Shown one piece after another: positions 46,919-50,683 of a stretch of 50,683 bases of DNA. A program made the position numbers and the translations under genes. The notes under the pieces are model-generated. The model searched no databases. It was given only the letters and a program-made list of their open reading frames with translations, and had not been told where the DNA came from. Every line of letters starts with the position of its first letter. The first letter of the stretch is position 1. Origin of the DNA: an uncultured Ruminococcus sp. (lineage in GTDB: Bacteria; Bacillota; Clostridia; Oscillospirales; Acutalibacteraceae); contig CAJOLF010000008.1 of NCBI GenBank assembly GCA_905235295.1, positions 1 to 50,683 of the forward strand. The letters are read 5' to 3'.

Positions 46919-48004
46919 ATGTCAAGAGTTTACAATTTTTCAGCAGGCCCTTCAATGTTGCCGGAGCCTGTACTCAAAAAAGCAGCGGCAGAAATGCTCG
47001 ATTACGAGGGCAGCGGACAGAGCGTAATGGAGATGTCTCACCGCAGCAAAACCTTTGATAAGATTATCAAGGACGCAGAGGCGCTTCTCAGAGAAGTAAT
47101 GAACATCCCCGACAACTACAAGGTTATGTTCCTCCAGGGCGGCGGTTCAACCCAGTTCGCTATGGTAGCACTCAACCTTATGAACAAAAACAAAAAGGCT
47201 GACTACATTGTAACAGGACAGTGGGCAAAGAAGGCTTTGCAGGAGGCTCAGCGCTACGGCGACGCCGTTGCGGTTGCTTCCTCGGCAGACAAGACCTTCT
47301 CCTATATTCCCAAGACCGACAGGTCAATGTTCCGCGAGGACGCCGACTATGTTTACATCTGCCTCAACAACACAATCTACGGCACAGTTTATCACGAGCT
47401 TCCCGATACAGGCGATATTCCTCTTGTAGCCGACATTTCATCCTGCATCGTTTCAGAGCCTCTTGACGTTTCAAAGTTCGGTCTGCTTTTCGCGGGCGCG
47501 CAGAAGAATATGTCGGGCGCCGGCGTTACCATTGTAATTGCCCGCGAGGATCTCATCGGCAACGCAATGGACATCACACCCACAATGCTCAACTACAAAA
47601 CTCACGCGGACGCCGGTTCTCTCTACAACACACCGCCCTGCTACGCAATCTACGTAGCAAAGCTTGTTCTCGAGTGGATTAAGAACGACATCGGCGGACT
47701 TGACAATATGAAGGCGCTCAACGAGAAAAAGGCAAAGCTTCTTTACGACTTCCTCGACAGCTCAGAAATGTTCAAGGGCACGGTAGTTCCCGAGGACCGT
47801 TCGCTTATGAACGTTCCGTTCGTAACAGGCGACGCTGATTTGGACGCGAAGTTTGTCAAGGAATCGACCGAGGCAGGTTTTGTAAACCTCAAGGGTCACC
47901 GCTCGGTTGGCGGAATGAGAGCTTCAATCTACAACGCTATGCCTTATGAGGGCGTAGAAAAGCTCGTGGAGTTTATGAAGAAATTTGAAGCTGAAAACAA
48001 ATAA
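46919..48004 (+). CDS. serC: Phosphoserine aminotransferase
   Basis: NFSAGP, EMSHRS, GAQKN, YNTPP and GHRSVGGMRASIYN. Confidence 0.98.
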   Translation: MSRVYNFSAGPSMLPEPVLKKAAAEMLDYEGSGQSVMEMSHRSKTFDKIIKDAEALLREVMNIPDNYKVMFLQGGGSTQFAMVALNLMNKNKKADYIVTGQWAKKALQEAQRYGDAVAVASSADKTFSYIPKTDRSMFREDADYVYICLNNTIYGTVYHELPDTGDIPLVADISSCIVSEPLDVSKFGLLFAGAQKNMSGAGVTIVIAREDLIGNAMDITPTMLNYKTHADAGSLYNTPPCYAIYVAKLVLEWIKNDIGGLDNMKALNEKKAKLLYDFLDSSEMFKGTVVPEDRSLMNVPFVTGDADLDAKFVKESTEAGFVNLKGHRSVGGMRASIYNAMPYEGVEKLVEFMKKFEAENK

Positions 48005-48025
48005 TACGGTAAAGGATGATTTTTA

Positions 48026-49174
48026 ATGTACAACGTACTTACACTCAATAAAATCGCCGCTGTCGGCACAAGCCGTCTCGGCGCGGAGTACAACTGCGGC
48101 GACGCTGTTGAAAACCCCGACGCGGTTCTTGTAAGATCCGCCGCTATGCACGATATGGAGTTTGCCGATAACCTTCTCGCAATCGCGAGAGCGGGCGCAG
48201 GCACAAACAATATTCCCAAGGACAAGTGCACGGAGCAGGGCATAGTTGTTTTCAACACTCCCGGAGCAAACGCTAACGCGGTTAAGGAGCTTGTGCTCAC
48301 AGGCCTTTTCCTTTCGTCAAGAAAGGTTGTCGAGGGTATCGAATGGGCTAAAACCCTCAAGGGCAACGGAGACGCTGTAGCAAAAATGGTAGAAAAAGGC
48401 AAGAGCCAGTTCGTAGGTCCCGAAATCGCCGGCAAAACCCTCGGCGTAATCGGTCTCGGAGCAATCGGCATACTCGTTGCTAACGCCGCCGTAGCTCTCG
48501 GTATGAATGTAGTCGGCTACGATCCCTTTATGTCGGTTCCCAACGCGCTCAAGCTCAATCCCCACATCAAGTTCCTTAAGAACAACGAGGAGGTTATGAC
48601 CGCCTGCGATTACCTCACAATCCACGTACCCCTCACTCCCGAGACTAAGGATATGGTTGACGCGGAAATGATTTCAAATATGAAGGACGGCGTTCGTATT
48701 CTCAATTACAGCCGCGACGGACTTGTAAATACCGACGCTGTGCTTGAGGCGCTCAAGAGCGGCAAGGTAGCAAAGTACGTTACCGACTTCGGCAACGACA
48801 AAATCCTCGGCGAGGAGAACGTAATCGTTCTTCCGCACCTCGGCGCTTCAACCCCCGAGAGCGAGGATAACTGCGCTGTTATGGCTTGCGACCAGATTAA
48901 GGAGTACATCGAGAACGGCAACATTGTCAACTCGGTCAACTTCCCCGCAATCTCGCTTCCGCGCACACCCGGCACAACCCGCGTTTGCGTAATTCACAAG
49001 AATGTTCCCGAGCTGTTCAAGACAGTTCTCGGCGAAATCAGCGGCAACGTTGAGAATATGCTCAGCAAAAGCCGCGGCGACTACGCCTACACAATCTTTG
49101 ACGTAGCAGGCGAGTACGACGTTGACGCAATCGCCGCAACCGAAGGCGTTGTAAGAGTAAGAGCAATCGGCTGA
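48026..49174 (+). CDS. serA: D-3-phosphoglycerate dehydrogenase with ACT domain
   Basis: ARAGAGTNNI, NTPGANANAV, GLGAIG and PHLGAST; directly follows serC. Confidence 0.95.
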   Translation: MYNVLTLNKIAAVGTSRLGAEYNCGDAVENPDAVLVRSAAMHDMEFADNLLAIARAGAGTNNIPKDKCTEQGIVVFNTPGANANAVKELVLTGLFLSSRKVVEGIEWAKTLKGNGDAVAKMVEKGKSQFVGPEIAGKTLGVIGLGAIGILVANAAVALGMNVVGYDPFMSVPNALKLNPHIKFLKNNEEVMTACDYLTIHVPLTPETKDMVDAEMISNMKDGVRILNYSRDGLVNTDAVLEALKSGKVAKYVTDFGNDKILGEENVIVLPHLGASTPESEDNCAVMACDQIKEYIENGNIVNSVNFPAISLPRTPGTTRVCVIHKNVPELFKTVLGEISGNVENMLSKSRGDYAYTIFDVAGEYDVDAIAATEGVVRVRAIG

Positions 49175-49189
49175 TTCAAAGCATAAAGC

Positions 49190-49225
49190 AAGAGTTGAGA
49201 GTTTAACCGCTCTCAACTCTTTTTT
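49190..49225 (+). terminator. serCA terminator
   Basis: AAGAGTTGAGAG-TTTAACCG-CTCTCAACTCTT-TTTT. Confidence 0.85.
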
Positions 49226-50640
49226 ATGTATAGGAAACTTTTGCATTTTGATTCCGCCGTTACAGAAACATTTCCGTCGTCGTCATAGGTCACGGGGTCG
49301 GCAGATTTGATTTGTTCGGAGTTAAAAGCGATAAATTCCTCGTCTGAGTTGTTAACGCCGTCAAATCCTTGCGTTTCTAAATATTCTCTTGCTTTTATTC
49401 CCACGTAATTCTGCCCCTGATATTTTCTTAACGCCCTATAACCTGTACTTTCGTTTGCAGGATTCGTAATATTTAAATAGTATATTCCAACCTTATCTCC
49501 ATAACCTGACGCGTCAATCTCCCACGGACTGAAAAACATTCCCTGAATATCCGCGTTAGAACGTCCTTTTGACTTATCAAACACTGTGAAATCGCTGTCT
49601 GTTCCGTGATATACCTTAATCAGTTTACCGTCCTCGTCACGGATTTTGCTATTGGAGAACGCTACTTCCGCCGCCTCGTCAACCATTTTCTGAGCGGTAG
49701 CCATATCGCCGCACTCTACGGCGGAGAGGTAGTCGGTGTCGTTAAAACGGTCGGAATAAAGAGCACTCTCACCTATTTTGCCTTCAGGTCTACGCTCATA
49801 TCCAAAATGCCTTAAAACGCTTTCAGGTAAAATATAAGGAAAATATTTATTGACATAGTCGAGTAAATCAGATATACTAATTGTAGAATCGGTAACGGGG
49901 AGCGAATTATTCGCAAAACTGGGCGACACTGTCGCAGCCGATTCTTTTTTTGCATTTACAGCGTACAATGTATCTACGGATTGGAGTTGATTATTGTATC
50001 TGTTAACAATGCAACGCACAATAACTAATTGCTCACTTTTTGTTTTGGCAGCTCCTATTAAGACATATGTGTTATCAGCATTAGGACTTTTGGGATTTAA
50101 CTCATTCAATTTAATTGAATGCTTTATTATTTCACCAATTCTTACAGTAACAGGGGAAATCAAATCCATTTTGCGCGTTAATCCGTGCCTGAGACCTTTG
50201 TCAGTTAGAATAACATCGCTGCCTAAATCTTCAACATATACACTAACCTCATTCTTGCTGTTACGCTTGCCAATTTTGGCGGCGTTTTTCTTTGCATAAA
50301 AAACGGTATCGGCTCTGTTATACACATTGCCGCTTAACATAGCAATTTTCATATCAGGCTTTTTTATAAGAGTGTCATAATCAAGCCGTGCTGCTCGTTC
50401 GCTTAACTGTTTTTTACTCTCCGCTACATCGACCTTTTCCGCCCTGATACCCTCGGCGACAGCCTTATCCCAAAGCTCTTGCACGCGGTTTTCGACCTTG
50501 TTCATAGCTTCAAGCAGAGCCTGTCCGTACTCGGTCTTGGCTTCAAGCGGATTTTCTTTGAAGAAGTTGCGGAACTTTTCAATCGCTTTTTTAATTGCGT
50601 TAATAAGCTTTTCGGCAAAGGTGCGGTTTTCATCAATCAC
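49213..50640 (-). CDS. Fragment of a phage/conjugative large polyvalent protein with ADP-ribosyltransferase-like (ART-PolyVal-like) domain; probably truncated at both ends
   Basis: YLSAVECGDMATAQKMVDEAA, then DGKLIKVYHGT...FTVFD...GMFFS...YLNITNP...GFDGV...EFIAFNSEQIKSADPVTYDDDGNV. AT-richer than its neighbours. GTG start has no RBS and an in-frame stop 9 codons upstream. Confidence 0.7.
   Translation of the reverse strand: MIDENRTFAEKLINAIKKAIEKFRNFFKENPLEAKTEYGQALLEAMNKVENRVQELWDKAVAEGIRAEKVDVAESKKQLSERAARLDYDTLIKKPDMKIAMLSGNVYNRADTVFYAKKNAAKIGKRNSKNEVSVYVEDLGSDVILTDKGLRHGLTRKMDLISPVTVRIGEIIKHSIKLNELNPKSPNADNTYVLIGAAKTKSEQLVIVRCIVNRYNNQLQSVDTLYAVNAKKESAATVSPSFANNSLPVTDSTISISDLLDYVNKYFPYILPESVLRHFGYERRPEGKIGESALYSDRFNDTDYLSAVECGDMATAQKMVDEAAEVAFSNSKIRDEDGKLIKVYHGTDSDFTVFDKSKGRSNADIQGMFFSPWEIDASGYGDKVGIYYLNITNPANESTGYRALRKYQGQNYVGIKAREYLETQGFDGVNNSDEEFIAFNSEQIKSADPVTYDDDGNVSVTAESKCKSFLYIKKS
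49227..49276 (+). repeat. Terminator-adjacent repeat, copy 3 (family A)
   Basis: TGTATAGGAAACTTTTGCATTTTGATTCCGCCGTTACAGAAACATTTCCG; encodes the last codons of the minus-strand ORF. Confidence 0.88.
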
Positions 50641-50683
50641 TTCTTGACGTAAGGGAAAGCTATTTCATTTTTTCAACAATAGA

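Overview
Mostly core chromosome of a spore-forming, starch-degrading Clostridia bacterium (Oscillospiraceae/Ruminococcus-like, inferred from gene content). It carries a lexA-LOG-MGMT repair cluster, two convergent GH13 amylases, AraC and WYL regulators, citrate synthase, a complete arg operon (argGH-CJB-GNAT-DF), a stand-alone 5S rRNA, mgtE, spoIIID, metF with a split metH, capD, a glmU-like gene with glmM, pyrC/pyrF and serC/serA. The accessory signals are as follows. (1) An AT-rich RAYT/Y1 HUH transposase sits translationally coupled inside the arg operon, with two perfect inverted GTAG-REP copies inside its own CDS flanking the HUH motif. (2) An IS30-family element has a 13-bp target duplication and a long, strongly base-paired leader. 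(3) At least three families of short intergenic repeats occur, one always directly after intrinsic terminators and apparently truncating a phage-type polyvalent protein fragment with an ADP-ribosyltransferase-like domain. (4) A candidate sRNA with two anti-Shine-Dalgarno motifs lies behind four 11-bp-phased repeats. (5) There are gene scars: MGMT frameshifted by a 17-bp duplication, nagB collapsed to about 38 codons, and a beta-helix adhesin fragment. All calls are by eye from motifs; no database searches were run.
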